Assembly (NCBI GenBank): GCA_965215885.1
Contig: CBDCEW010000105.1
Location: 96,001 to 160,000 of the forward strand
DNA: 64,000 nucleotides
Source: Candidatus Moanibacter sp.
GTDB taxonomy: Bacteria > Verrucomicrobiota > Verrucomicrobiia > Opitutales > UBA2987
Reading direction: 5' to 3'
Shown: positions 30,087 through 40,390 of the stretch, piece by piece
Layout: the number at the start of each line of letters is the position of its first letter
Position numbering within the stretch: position 1 is the first letter of the stretch
Made by a program: the position numbers and the translations under genes
Notes under the pieces: model-generated
Seen by the model: the letters and a program-made list of their open reading frames with translations, nothing else
What the model was told of the DNA's origin: nothing
Database searches by the model: none

Positions 30087-32008
30087 GACCTTATCCGAAA
30101 AGCTACTGATTGGCCGCAAAGAGGCGCAAAAGGCGCAAGAAAAACTTGAGAAAAATCATTTTTTGGCTTGATAAAAAGTGTCGCAACATGCTAGTGTTTA
30201 ACAACCTAAGATTAAGAAATTCGTGGAGGTAAACATGCCAACATGTGCGACAGAGGAGAACAAAAGCGATAAGACGCCCCTTAGCAACCTCATTCTGCCG
30301 GTTCCAGACACGGATTTCCGTGATTTTCTGGATGAAGTTGAAGAATTGGCCGGGTTCGCGGCGCAAATCATCGAGGCGATCGAGAAGGATCTGGACGCCC
30401 ATGCGCGTGAGAAGAAGAAACTTCGATTGGAAGATCGCAGGTTCTTTGAAGGGCGCACAGCGGAGCTGCCGGAGCTGGACATCGAGGAGGAGAATATTCT
30501 GGCTGCTGAATTGAATCTTCGGCAGGCCGGCCGCGGATGCCGGCTTATGCGGTATACGTGTTCGTGATGATTCGAGGGTTTCTGGGTTCGTTGACCACGA
30601 AACCGGCACGGCGGTTTGTGCGCGAGTCGATGAGCTTGTACGGATTTTTGCAGAGCGGGGGACTGAGAATGCCGGCGGTGACGACGATTCTGGAGAACGT
30701 GAACCTGGTCAGCCATACGACCCGCGAGTTGATCTTTGATAAACAGATTGGGTTTATCCTCCAGGAGCAATGGGACGATTTCGGGAAGCTGACGATCGAC
30801 AGCACCTCGGTGAAAGCAAACAGCTGCTGGCCCACCGATGGGAAGATTCTGAGCGGTCTTTTGATGCGGGCCAATCGTTTGGGTCAGAAGTTGCATGTCT
30901 TCGGGCTGGAGGATTTTCGCAAGGGATGGGTTGGGCGTTGGCTGGAGGAAATGGACAAGCTGGAGTTTCAGATTTGTCTGGCCGCGGGCAAACCGAAGTC
31001 GAAGGGCAAGCTGAAGAAACACTACCGGCGGTTGCTCAAGCGGGGCCGCAAGGCGGCCGACTCACTAACGGGGGAACTGAGCCATCCGTGAAGAGGGCCT
31101 GTCGATGGATTCACTGCCTCCCACTCGCCGGGAGCTTCTGGAGCGGGCATTGAGCCAGATCAGGGGCGATATTGCCGACGCCAAGCGGGTTGTTGAGTAT
31201 GCTCATGATCGGGTGTTTCACGAAAAGAAGCTACCGTCCACACAGAAGGTCCTGAGCCTCTCGGACGGATCGGCGGCCTACATCAAGAAGGGCAGCCGCA
31301 ATCCAGTGATCGGGTACAAGCCACAACTGGTTCGCAGCGAAAACGGTTTTGTCACCAGCCTGATCGTACCGCAAGGCAACGCGGCAGACTCCATTGAGCT
31401 GGCGCCGGCCATCGGCGATTCGATCAAGCGCACCGGTGTCATTGCTGAACTGGTCAGCACCGATGACGGATATGCTTCGGCGAAGGGACGCAAGGAGGTG
31501 CTGAGCATGGGGGTAAAGCAGATCAGTATCAGTGGGGCGAAGGGCAAGAAGTTGACCACCCCCGAGGACTGGGAGAGCGAGGCGTATCGCGAGGCACGCC
31601 GCGATCGCTCCGCAGTGGAGTCGCTGATGTTCACGATTAAAGATGGATTTGCCTTTGGCGAACTCGGCCGCCGCGGCATCGATGCGGTAGGCGATGAACT
31701 GCTCGAGAAGGTTCTGGCCTACAACTTCTGCCGCATCATACTGATGAAGAAACGCCGAGGGGAGGAACTGGAACAGGCAGCCTGAATCTGACCGCTTTGA
31801 AGCTCAGAGAAAAAAGCACCACGGGATGAGTATGCCTCCAGACAGCGGCAAATATACGTATTGTGCAGCAAGCCACGCCGATGGCCGCTCAATACCTGCT
31901 CATCGGCAGCGCCGGCAGCCTAAAACCCGAAACCTGCCAGCCATAGGCTGGTCCGCCCGTGGCGGAGAACCTTAATCCGCCCGCTCGAAAGGCTTTTCGA
32001 ATGGGGTC
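30087..32008 (+). mobile_element. IS element, ISNCY/IS5-like, copy 2, with 6-bp TSD GGGCTA
   Basis: TIRs as in copy 1; GGGCTA at 30081-30086 and 32009-32014. Confidence 0.92.
30235..31785 (+). pseudogene. Frameshifted transposase
   Basis: Relative to copy 1: -1 nt near 30520 and +1 nt near 31088, splitting it into three ORFs. Confidence 0.85.
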
Positions 32009-32192
32009 GGGCTAGTGATATCACACCCACTCCAGATTTCCTTTCCGACTGCCATATCAAGACATGCCGCCGATTTCACAGCTGCTCTTTTGGCGGCATC
32101 GAAAAACCTCCGCTGGTGTAGTTCAAGACAAAGTTCAGGGAACAGTTGTGGAAGGGTAGTTACGAGGGACTTCTGAACAGAGCGAGCCGAAA

Positions 32193-33289
32193 TCAGGATT
32201 CTCTGAGTGCCCTGATCCCCTCATCGCTTTTTTCCAGCCTGAACCGAACGCTCACGATTGAATTCAGTTCGGGCCCGGGTCGGTACTTGACGTAGGTGGT
32301 GGCCACGATCGTGCCGTCGGGCAGGCATTCAATTCCCGAGTAACCGCAATCGTCCTTGTGCTCCCCGTGTTGATGCAGGAGTTTCACGCGATATTGTCCG
32401 TCCCGGCCATGGGCAATGTCGTCATAGGTCCCGACCCAGGCGACGTAGCTGCCGTGTGTCGGCGAAGGATCCGCCTTGTCTCGAAATGCCACCACCAGCC
32501 TGCCATCCGGTGCGTAGCAGGACATGTGGCGATCGCCCGTCAGGCTGGGGGCCACTTCCTTGGCAGTGGACCAGTTCCGGCCTTCGTCTTCGCTCAGCAT
32601 CATCAGGGAACGATAGCGCCGGGTGTTTTCACGCATCAAACAGAGCAGTTGGGTGCCATCCGGCGAGCGTATTAATTCCGGCTCGCAGGGGTCCGCCCCG
32701 GGCACCTCGCAGGCGACCTGGTAATCTTCCCAACTCAGCCCGCCGTCAGCCGAGATTGCCTGCCAGACCGTCAAACCCATTTCATTGGGCGCGGACACGG
32801 GCCGCGAATCTCGCTGCGTGAGCAGCAGATGCCTCCGCCCGTTGTCAATCGGTAGAATCGTGACGTTTGCGCCATGCTGGGGAGCCCGTTCGGGCGCAAC
32901 CCAGTCCAGCTAAGACCGCCATCCTCGGACACCGCCTGGCACAGTTCGCCTTTACCCGCGAAAACCAGCAAACGCTCAACGCCGTCCCCGTCGGTCAATC
33001 GGAATATACAGGGGCAGCTCCGCACTTTCCGCCAGTCCTCCGGCGTCGGCAAGAGTCGGCTCCAGGTCAGCCCGCCATCCACACTCTTTTTCATCGGGCC
33101 GCACCAACCACCGTGCGGAATCGACCAGACAGCGTAGAGGGTCTTTCCATCGCCCATCAAGACGGTGTTCACCTGGCCCTGGTAGACCCTTTCGGTTCCA
33201 TAGGCAACGACCACCTGACGGTAAGTCTCCGCTGAGATATCGAGAATGGGAATGGCAAAATCTTGTCTCACAGAAGGGATTTCCACCAT
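32193..33289 (-). pseudogene. BNR/Asp-box sialidase-like protein, frameshifted near 32870
   Basis: Asp-boxes SVDGGLTW, SEDGGLSW, SADGGLSW, SEDEGRNW; DCGYSG; two overlapping ORFs. Confidence 0.8.
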
Positions 33290-33321
33290 ATTCAACGAGT
33301 AAGACAAGTGGCAAATCACTC

Positions 33322-34129
33322 CTATTTCTCGGACTCGGGTCGGGGCAAAAGCGACCAGAGGCCGGACGCGTCCTGACCGCCGCAAAGTACCGGAGCGTGC
33401 TTCGCCAGCGCATGTTCGTGCGGCTGAACCTCGGCACGGGTGTAGTCCATGGTGAGAGCACGCCGATAACGATCAGGGGAAGGATTTGGTGGAGACAAAT
33501 GTACCAGCAGCGTCGAAAAGAAAACGACCTGCCCGGCCCTCACTTCCATGGGAATTTTGCCGCATCTCCTGATCACATCCTCGCGGACATCGTCGCTCAG
33601 GTTCAGATCTCCTTTTGGGTCCCGAACCGGTAACTCCCCGAGTTTGTGTGAGCCTGGACAGAACCACATACAACCGTTGCCCGTATCGGCGTCCTCAAGC
33701 GCCAGCCATGCCTTGAAGGAGTCGCAGGCATTTATCGCGAAGTAGGGCGCATCCTGGTGGCCGGCCACAACCGTGCCGCTGCCGGGCGGCTTGTCATTAT
33801 ACTGGCTGATGATGCAGATGATAGCGCTTTTCTCCCAGCACGTCGCCAATAAAATGGAGCAGCCGAGCGTCGGCGATGATATCGAATACCCAGCCCAGAC
33901 GCGCATGGCGATTGAGGGGTCTGGTTTCGGCTGGGTCAGCCTCAATGAACCGCTGCCGCATCGGCGCCAGCGACGATTGCGGAAATACCGTAATTGGCTG
34001 CATATAGCCGAATTCGTTGTAATGATCAATCTGGTCTCCGGTGAACGCCCGTCCGGCGGAGGACAGCGGATGAAAGGAAAGATCCAGATCAAGATCGGGA
34101 TATCTAGTGGCAATCATTTGCTCATTCAT
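33322..34129 (-). pseudogene. PhyH family dioxygenase, frameshifted near 33830
   Basis: QIDHYNEFGY in one frame; GHQDAPY, WLALEDA..NGCMWFCPGSH and LVHLSPPN in the next; extra A in GAAAAG. Confidence 0.8.
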
Positions 34130-34571
34130 TTGGAAGAAATCTGTGAAATAGACAGGTATCGGGCAATTCCCATTTGGGTTCTTGAGGGTATCGTTCTAAG
34201 GACAACGAGAATTTGGATCACGCAAAGACCCAAAGGCAAGAAAAGTGCTGCCATAAATCTTGGGGCCTTAGGGTCTTGGCGTGAGAGTACCGAACCAAGA
34301 ATCAAAGTAGATCGGTTGCCAAAGCCGACAGTTTCGGTAAGCCGGGCGTGCTCCCTTCAGCGGGGCTTTACCTGGAATATCTTCAGGACTTGCAGATCGC
34401 ATCCTTCCTGGGCGCGATGAGGCTGCCCGCGGTGAGCCTAGCTTGAAACTACACTGTTTATGCGGGTTTGCGCGCGGTTCCGTCGACATGCCAGCGTTCG
34501 ATGTCCAGGCCGGCTTGACTCCGCAGTAGGTTCTGGCCGCAAAACTTGCAGTCGGGCCCCACCGCCGCTTC

Positions 34572-35039
34572 GGCCAGACTGGGGCCGATCGCGCAGCACT
34601 TGACTGGGCTATCGAGAATGGAATTCCGCACGGAGGATGGTGTCCGAAAGGAAGGAAAGCAGAGGACGGGCGGATTCCCGATTGCTACAACCTGAAAGAG
34701 ACAGAGAGCGCCGACTACCGGGGGCGAACTCGCCTCAAGGTCCAGGATTTCGACGGCACTCTGATTTTCTCAAAGAGTCCGCTCACGGGCGGGACCAAAT
34801 ACACGATGGAGTTGGCGAAAGAGATGGGAAAACCGGTGCTGCATATGGAAAAGGGTAAGTATTCCACTGCGACTGATATCGCCAAATTTATCCAACGGCA
34901 CAACATCAGTATCCTGAACGTGGCGGGTCCTCGTGCATCAGGCGAATCTGATATCTATGATTTCGTCAAAGCAACACTTTCACTGTGTTACCTCTGGAGT
35001 GCCGAGCTGGGAATGATTAGCGAACTGAGCGAAGAGTAG
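34572..35039 (+). pseudogene. Putative molybdenum carrier (SLOG family) protein, 5'-truncated
   Basis: In-frame GQTGADRAALD..HGGWCPKGR.AEDG ... LNVAGPRAS; no start codon after the upstream in-frame stop. Confidence 0.8.
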
Positions 35040-35069
35040 AGGGAGGATGTTGAGGGGGTTGGGGTAGAT

Positions 35070-35125
35070 GGTTAACGCTAAAGTCAGGCACGCCTTCAGG
35101 GGTTGTCTCCACTATATTGTTCTAC
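35070..35125 (-). other. attC-like integron recombination site
   Basis: Minus strand GTAGAAC...GTTAACC, 56 bp, imperfect hairpin with unpaired bases, overlapping the stop of ORF 35112-35324. Confidence 0.5.
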
Positions 35126-35324
35126 CTCTTTTTTCGTAATTCAAAATAAATGAGTCATCGCTGCAGACAACCTGATAAAATTCCGCCCCTTTGGATAAGC
35201 GATTTTTACTCAACTCAATAATTTCGTCAGCCCTTTCTTGTGCGGAGGCGATCAATGACCGATGAGCATTTCTTATTGTTTGTGCCAAGGCCCCTCCTTG
35301 GTTTTCTATGGAAAACCGGAGCAA
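35112..35324 (-). CDS. AT-rich hypothetical protein or fragment (possible cassette ORF)
   Basis: Ends inside the attC-like site; no recognisable motif. Confidence 0.3.
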   Translation of the reverse strand: MLRFSIENQGGALAQTIRNAHRSLIASAQERADEIIELSKNRLSKGAEFYQVVCSDDSFILNYEKRGRTI

Positions 35325-35706
35325 CTTCAGATATTCCTCCCAGGCATGGACCTACTTAGAAAACATTGAAGAGCAATTTGTTGTTGTTCTTCACGTAGAT
35401 CCAGTTAATTCTCCCCAAAAGGCAGTGCAAGCTGCCATCGCCAGCCAAGAATCCGAAATGATTTCTACAAAAGTCATCATTTTGAATAAGGATGATATTC
35501 TCGGTTCCGTTATTCTCGCACTTGCTACTAGGTCTTCCGGACAACAAATAGCGAGCGGGATGACCAAAGACTACCTTAAGTTGAATGGATTTTTCATACT
35601 TAATTTCCGGTACAAATACCAAATTGATCGCTTTAGAGGGTTGGTTAAGGAATATGTCCCTAAGCACATGCAGTCACAGATCGAAATTAAACCAAATTCA
35701 ATTTAG
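35308..35706 (+). CDS. AT-rich hypothetical protein
   Basis: 132-aa ORF in a low-GC patch; possibly fused fragments. Confidence 0.3.
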   Translation: MENRSNFRYSSQAWTYLENIEEQFVVVLHVDPVNSPQKAVQAAIASQESEMISTKVIILNKDDILGSVILALATRSSGQQIASGMTKDYLKLNGFFILNFRYKYQIDRFRGLVKEYVPKHMQSQIEIKPNSI

Positions 35707-36194
35707 GACACGCCCAAGAATTAATACGGCGTAAACGTATTCAGTTAATAGATTAAGTTGCGTTAAATCTTTACATTCGGGAGACCAAATGCCTCCCAAC
35801 TCAGCCCTTTAGCCTTCTCAGCGTGATTCTGGTCTTACAAGACATTGTAGTTGGTCTTACTGTCTCTTTGGTTGCTAACGTTCCGTACTTCTATTCCATC
35901 TACAAGCTACGTCGGCCCGAAATACGCTCCCGTGAATTGCCGTGTACAGATCCACAGCTGGCAGAAGAGTACAATCGTGTGTCACGCTCGTGGCTGAAGG
36001 ATATTTGGCCTAAATTCTAGCATGCTTGTCTCACAAATTCTCGAGGCCCCTATTGCGGCAAGACGCGCTTCCCGCCTCGTTGCTGCTCGCCCGATACGCC
36101 GCAGCGAACACTGCTTCTATAGATACTCAGAAGTGCCTGTTTAATGGTACTTTCAATTTGGCGCTTCCAGGATAGAAGACCCCTACCAGTTTCG

Positions 36195-36455
36195 CTATTT
36201 GCGCGAGGGAGTATTCCCGCCCTTAAAGACCTCCCTCAATGCGGCGTTCGCATTGTCAATCAACTGGCGAGCTTCCTCCTCTTGAGGAGAATTCGGAGCC
36301 AACGCTTCCTGGCTGGCCTCCAACTGGACGACACCATTTTCATCCTCGCTAACCTCTATTACAGCGACCGTCCCGGCACTTGCTTCCTTCACTGTATGAG
36401 AACTGGTCTGACAACCAGAGAAAAACACTAACGGAAACAGAAAGAGGGTCCCCAT
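36195..36455 (-). CDS. Putative small lipoprotein
   Basis: Hydrophobic stretch followed by lipobox-like FSGC; start uncertain. Confidence 0.5.
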   Translation of the reverse strand: MGTLFLFPLVFFSGCQTSSHTVKEASAGTVAVIEVSEDENGVVQLEASQEALAPNSPQEEEARQLIDNANAALREVFKGGNTPSRK

Positions 36456-36527
36456 GACCGTCTTAAGCCCCGAAATTTCTGTCCTTATCAAGACGCGCTC
36501 CCTACGTTCGGTTGCGAAATCGTGCGC

Positions 36528-36772
36528 CTAGTCGATTGTAGCTCCGCCGTCGATCACGATGTGCGCACCGATTCGGAATCCGCCGTATCGGCTTGATGAA
36601 ATATGGCGCGGCCGCCCGAATCCGTAATGGACTCGACAGTGTCCCTACCAGCATCATCTTCCAGTTCCGCTACAATCACGGAAGCTCCCTCAGCGGCGAA
36701 CCGCAATGCAATGGCACGGCCGATCCCGTTACCCCCACCCGTCACAATCGAAACTCTTTCTTTCAGCTGCAT
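36528..36772 (-). pseudogene. SDR oxidoreductase with large internal deletion
   Basis: N-terminus IVTGGGNGIGRAIA..FAAEGA joined out of frame to the SDR C-terminal GAHIVIDGGATID-stop. Confidence 0.85.
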
Positions 36773-36954
36773 AGATATAACCGATTACCAATCCGAATAC
36801 GTCTCCCACTCACTATCGTTTGCGCCAGAAGGGTATCTCGCAGCACTCCGATCGTGCAACGATAATTCGCGTGAATTCGATTCTCGTGTTCCAACAGGCG
36901 TCCCTCAGTGAATCCACTCAGTGTCGGCACATTCCAATATTTCAGAGGAGAAAG

Positions 36955-37560
36955 TCATTCCGGAGCAAGACCCCTTCTGAGCATCCGCAATAGTGCGTCC
37001 AGGACTTCATCATCTTTTACCTCCCAATCGAAACTCTCACCCAGACGGTAACCATATTGACGCTTCGCCGTATGCCAGCCCTCGCAAATCGCCCAGATTA
37101 CTACCAGAATGATGCCTTCCGGAATGTCGCTACGTATCCTCCCGCTTCGCTGCTCGCTTGCAATCAATTCAGCTATCGGCGCCGCCCTTCCCTGCGTTTC
37201 CTTTGGTGGAAGGTCACCCTGTGCCTGATACCAGATTAAATGCCGCCTGAATGCCTCCGATTCCGACAGGAATTCGAAATAGGTTGAAGCAAAGTTCAAA
37301 ATGAATTCATCACTCCGCGCCGCCTCACTCAATCGCGGCTTCATCTCCTCAACCGCTTCCCGAAATCGTCTCGCCTCTACCGCGCGCCATAATTCTTCCT
37401 TTGTCTTGAAATGATGGTGGATCAGACTCTGGGTAATCCCGGCCCGTCTCGCCACCAACCCCAACGTCGTTCCTCTGTATCCCCGTTCCAGAAACGTCCT
37501 CTCTGCTCCATCCAGGATCCTCCTTCTCGTCTTTTCGCCTCGTTCTTTCCTTAAATCCAT
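36955..37560 (-). CDS. TetR/AcrR family transcriptional regulator
   Basis: TRRRILDGAERTFLERGYRGTT..VARRAGITQSLIHHHFKTKEEL. Confidence 0.93.
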   Translation of the reverse strand: MDLRKERGEKTRRRILDGAERTFLERGYRGTTLGLVARRAGITQSLIHHHFKTKEELWRAVEARRFREAVEEMKPRLSEAARSDEFILNFASTYFEFLSESEAFRRHLIWYQAQGDLPPKETQGRAAPIAELIASEQRSGRIRSDIPEGIILVVIWAICEGWHTAKRQYGYRLGESFDWEVKDDEVLDALLRMLRRGLAPE

Positions 37561-37567
37561 AAACAGA

Positions 37568-37677
37568 TTGATTAATTAGTTAAATTTTCGCTGTCAAGTC
37601 ACTTTGGCGAATGCATCAGTCTTTGAGCCATTGTGACGGGGACTTTGGGAAGCAAGTAAACTTAATTAAGCAATCAA
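37568..37677. promoter_or_regulatory. Two candidate TetR operators plus a TTGACA box in the divergent intergenic region
   Basis: TTGATTAATTAGTTAA (37568-37583) and TTGATTGCTTAATTAA (reverse strand, 37662-37677) match at 13/16; TTGACA on the minus strand at 37592-37597. Confidence 0.45.
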
Positions 37678-37844
37678 TTAGTTTTATTAATGGATTAGGC
37701 GACCCACGCACACCCTATGAGATTGCCACGCCCTGCTAGACCGGAAATCTCATGCGATTTACAGGCTAAACTACATAAGCGCCCAGAGCCTTGGAATAAG
37801 ACATTGCGAATTCGAAAGAGAGAGCTAGATTGAGAACCGTGGTG

Positions 37845-39200
37845 ATGAGAATGCACGGAAGATCGAAATGGAATCGATGGGACCTCGTCATTTCCCTGAT
37901 CGCAGCGAATCTACCGGGAGTTGCGGCGGCGGAGATCGTGCGAGATGTTTTGGAAAGCAAGGTCGAAGCGCAGTACGCATACCTTGAAGATCTATACAGA
38001 CATTTTCACGCCAACCCTGAGCTATCGACACGGGAGTTCGAAACAGCCGCACGCCTGGCAGTTGAACTTCGGAAAGCAGGATTCGAAGTACGCGAGCGGT
38101 ACGGTATGACAGGAATCGTAGGCTTATTGGAAAATGGAGAGGGCCCGACCCTCCTGTTGCGCGCAGATATGGACGCTTTACCGGTGAAGGAATCAACTGG
38201 ACTCGAATATGCCAGTCGAGTGCCAACAACGAACGGCACGGGGGATCCGGTAGCTGTCATGCATGCCTGCGGGCATGACATTCACATGACTGTTCTGGTG
38301 GGAGCCGCTCGTGTTCTCGCCAACCGCCAAAGCGAATGGAACGGCACTATCGTTCTCTTAGGACAACCGGCTGAGGAAGTTGGCCAGGGCGCAAAGGCCA
38401 TGCTCGGAGCCGGACTCTTTCAGGAGTATCCGGTACCCGATTTTGCATTCGCCTTTCACGTGAGCGCTTCACTGCCGGCGGGAAAGATAGGATATGTGAG
38501 CGGCTACGCGATGGCCAACGTCGATTCGGTCGACATATTGGTCAAGGGGAGAGGCGGACACGGGGCTTATCCCCATCGCACAAAAGACCCGGTGGTGCTG
38601 GCGAGTCAGCTTGTTCTGTCCTTACAAAATATCGTGAGCCGGGAGACATCCCCCTTGGAGCCTGTTGTTGTCACAGTCGGCTCGATCCATGGAGGCACCA
38701 AACACAACATAATACCGAACGAAGCGAACCTCCAGCTCACAGTGCGAACTTACTCGGATGAATCAAGAGATCGCACGATTAGGGCGATTCAGCGAATAGC
38801 GAAAGGAGTGGCCATTACGGCAGGTCTGCCGAAGGAACTCTATCCAGAGGTCAAACTGAGCGATGAGTATACTCCTTCTCTCTACAACGATCCCGAGCTT
38901 GTGGAACGCCTGACAGCGACAATGAAGGAATGGCTGGGTAATGAAAAGGTAGTTTCGACCAAACCCGTCATGGCCGGGGAGGACTTTGGACGTTACGGCC
39001 GCACCGAAGAGAAGGTGCCCATCAGTCTCTTCTGGCTGGGTGGAGTCGCACCCCAAGAATGGGAACAGAGCCTGGTGAGCGACACCCCCCTCCCCTCTCT
39101 TCACTCGCCCCTTTTTGCACCGCTGCCGGAACCGACCATAAAAACCGGCGTAAAGGGCATGGTCGCGGTAGCTCTCGAGCTTCTCAAACAAGAGCAGTAG
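37845..39200 (+). CDS. M20 family amidohydrolase (hippurate hydrolase-like)
   Basis: HANPELS, LRADMDALP, MHACGHD, QPAEE, GGHGAYPH, GEDF. Confidence 0.93.
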   Translation: MRMHGRSKWNRWDLVISLIAANLPGVAAAEIVRDVLESKVEAQYAYLEDLYRHFHANPELSTREFETAARLAVELRKAGFEVRERYGMTGIVGLLENGEGPTLLLRADMDALPVKESTGLEYASRVPTTNGTGDPVAVMHACGHDIHMTVLVGAARVLANRQSEWNGTIVLLGQPAEEVGQGAKAMLGAGLFQEYPVPDFAFAFHVSASLPAGKIGYVSGYAMANVDSVDILVKGRGGHGAYPHRTKDPVVLASQLVLSLQNIVSRETSPLEPVVVTVGSIHGGTKHNIIPNEANLQLTVRTYSDESRDRTIRAIQRIAKGVAITAGLPKELYPEVKLSDEYTPSLYNDPELVERLTATMKEWLGNEKVVSTKPVMAGEDFGRYGRTEEKVPISLFWLGGVAPQEWEQSLVSDTPLPSLHSPLFAPLPEPTIKTGVKGMVAVALELLKQEQ

Positions 39201-39209
39201 ATTTCCAGG

Positions 39210-40390
39210 CTATTTGGTCGTCATAACGTATACGCCGTCCCAATCCTTTCCAGGGGGGCTCGCCTTCATCTCATGGGCACGCTCGATAAGCACATCGGAC
39301 GGCGTCGTCGGACAATAGGGGTTTAATTCCGACCGGTTGGGCTCCATGCTGAGCGACTTCTCAAAATAGGCCAGTGCCATATCCCAATCCTGCCCCAGGT
39401 AGAAATCCATCGCCTTATCATAGACCTCCTTGCACTCGAACGCCTCTTCGGACATGTTTTTTCGAAGGCCCATGATTTCATACATCACCGCCGGTTGAGT
39501 GCGCCCTTTGACGATAATCTTATCGAGAAAGCGGAATACACAATCATCGCCGAATTTCTCCGCTTCGACCTTTGACTCCCCCGTAATCATGGTATAGACG
39601 CCATACGCCTTTGCCCCGCTTTCGCACCGCGCAGCCAGATTCACGGTGTCGCCCATCATGGTATAGTTGAAGCGCTTTTCGGACCCCATGTTGCCGACCG
39701 TGGCGTCACCCGTGTTGACCCCCATGCGCGTCTGCATTTCGCCGACAATTGTCGGCCATTTGTCTCCTTCGGACTTCCATTTTTCGCGCAACTCCACCTG
39801 CCGTATTTGCATCACCTGAGAGGCGACACAGGCACGCAGGGCGTGATCTTCAAGTGCAACCGGTTTATTGAAAATCCCCACGATGGCATCACCGATATAC
39901 TTATCAACATAGCAACCTTCCTCCATGAGAATGTCGGTCATGGCTGTCAGATACTCGTTCATCAAATCGACCAGTCCCTCAGCACTAAGCTTCTCGGAGA
40001 ATGCAGAAAAACTCTGCACATCGCTGAAATAGGCGGAAATGATCGCGTTCTCCCCACCCAATTGCGGCTCCTCGCCCGAATCGATCATGGTAGTCACGAG
40101 TTCCGGCGAGAGGTAAGTGCCAAACATACCTTTGATTCGGCCCTTCTGTCTCTCTTCGATGAGGAGCTGCACCATGGCGCCGAGGAGGCTTGTCGAAATT
40201 GCAGAGCCGACAGGCGCAACCAGCGGGACGACATTGTGAAAATGCTCAAAGGCCCAAAATACCATGTAAACGAAGACAACCAGGATAAAACCCGCGAAAA
40301 GTTTTGTCGTTCGCGTGTACCTGCCTGTGTTGGTTGCGAGAAGGGCGACTATTGTGGTCAACGCAATTATGAGAAGGTGGGTGAACGAGA
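39210..40390 (-). pseudogene. Adenylate/guanylate cyclase, 5'-truncated at the ISAs1 end
   Basis: FSDVQSFS, DKYIGDAI, GNMGS..RFNYTMMGDTVNLAARCE. The frame stays open to the IS end at 40391; the expected N-terminal sensor (CHASE2-type) domain is absent. Confidence 0.85.
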
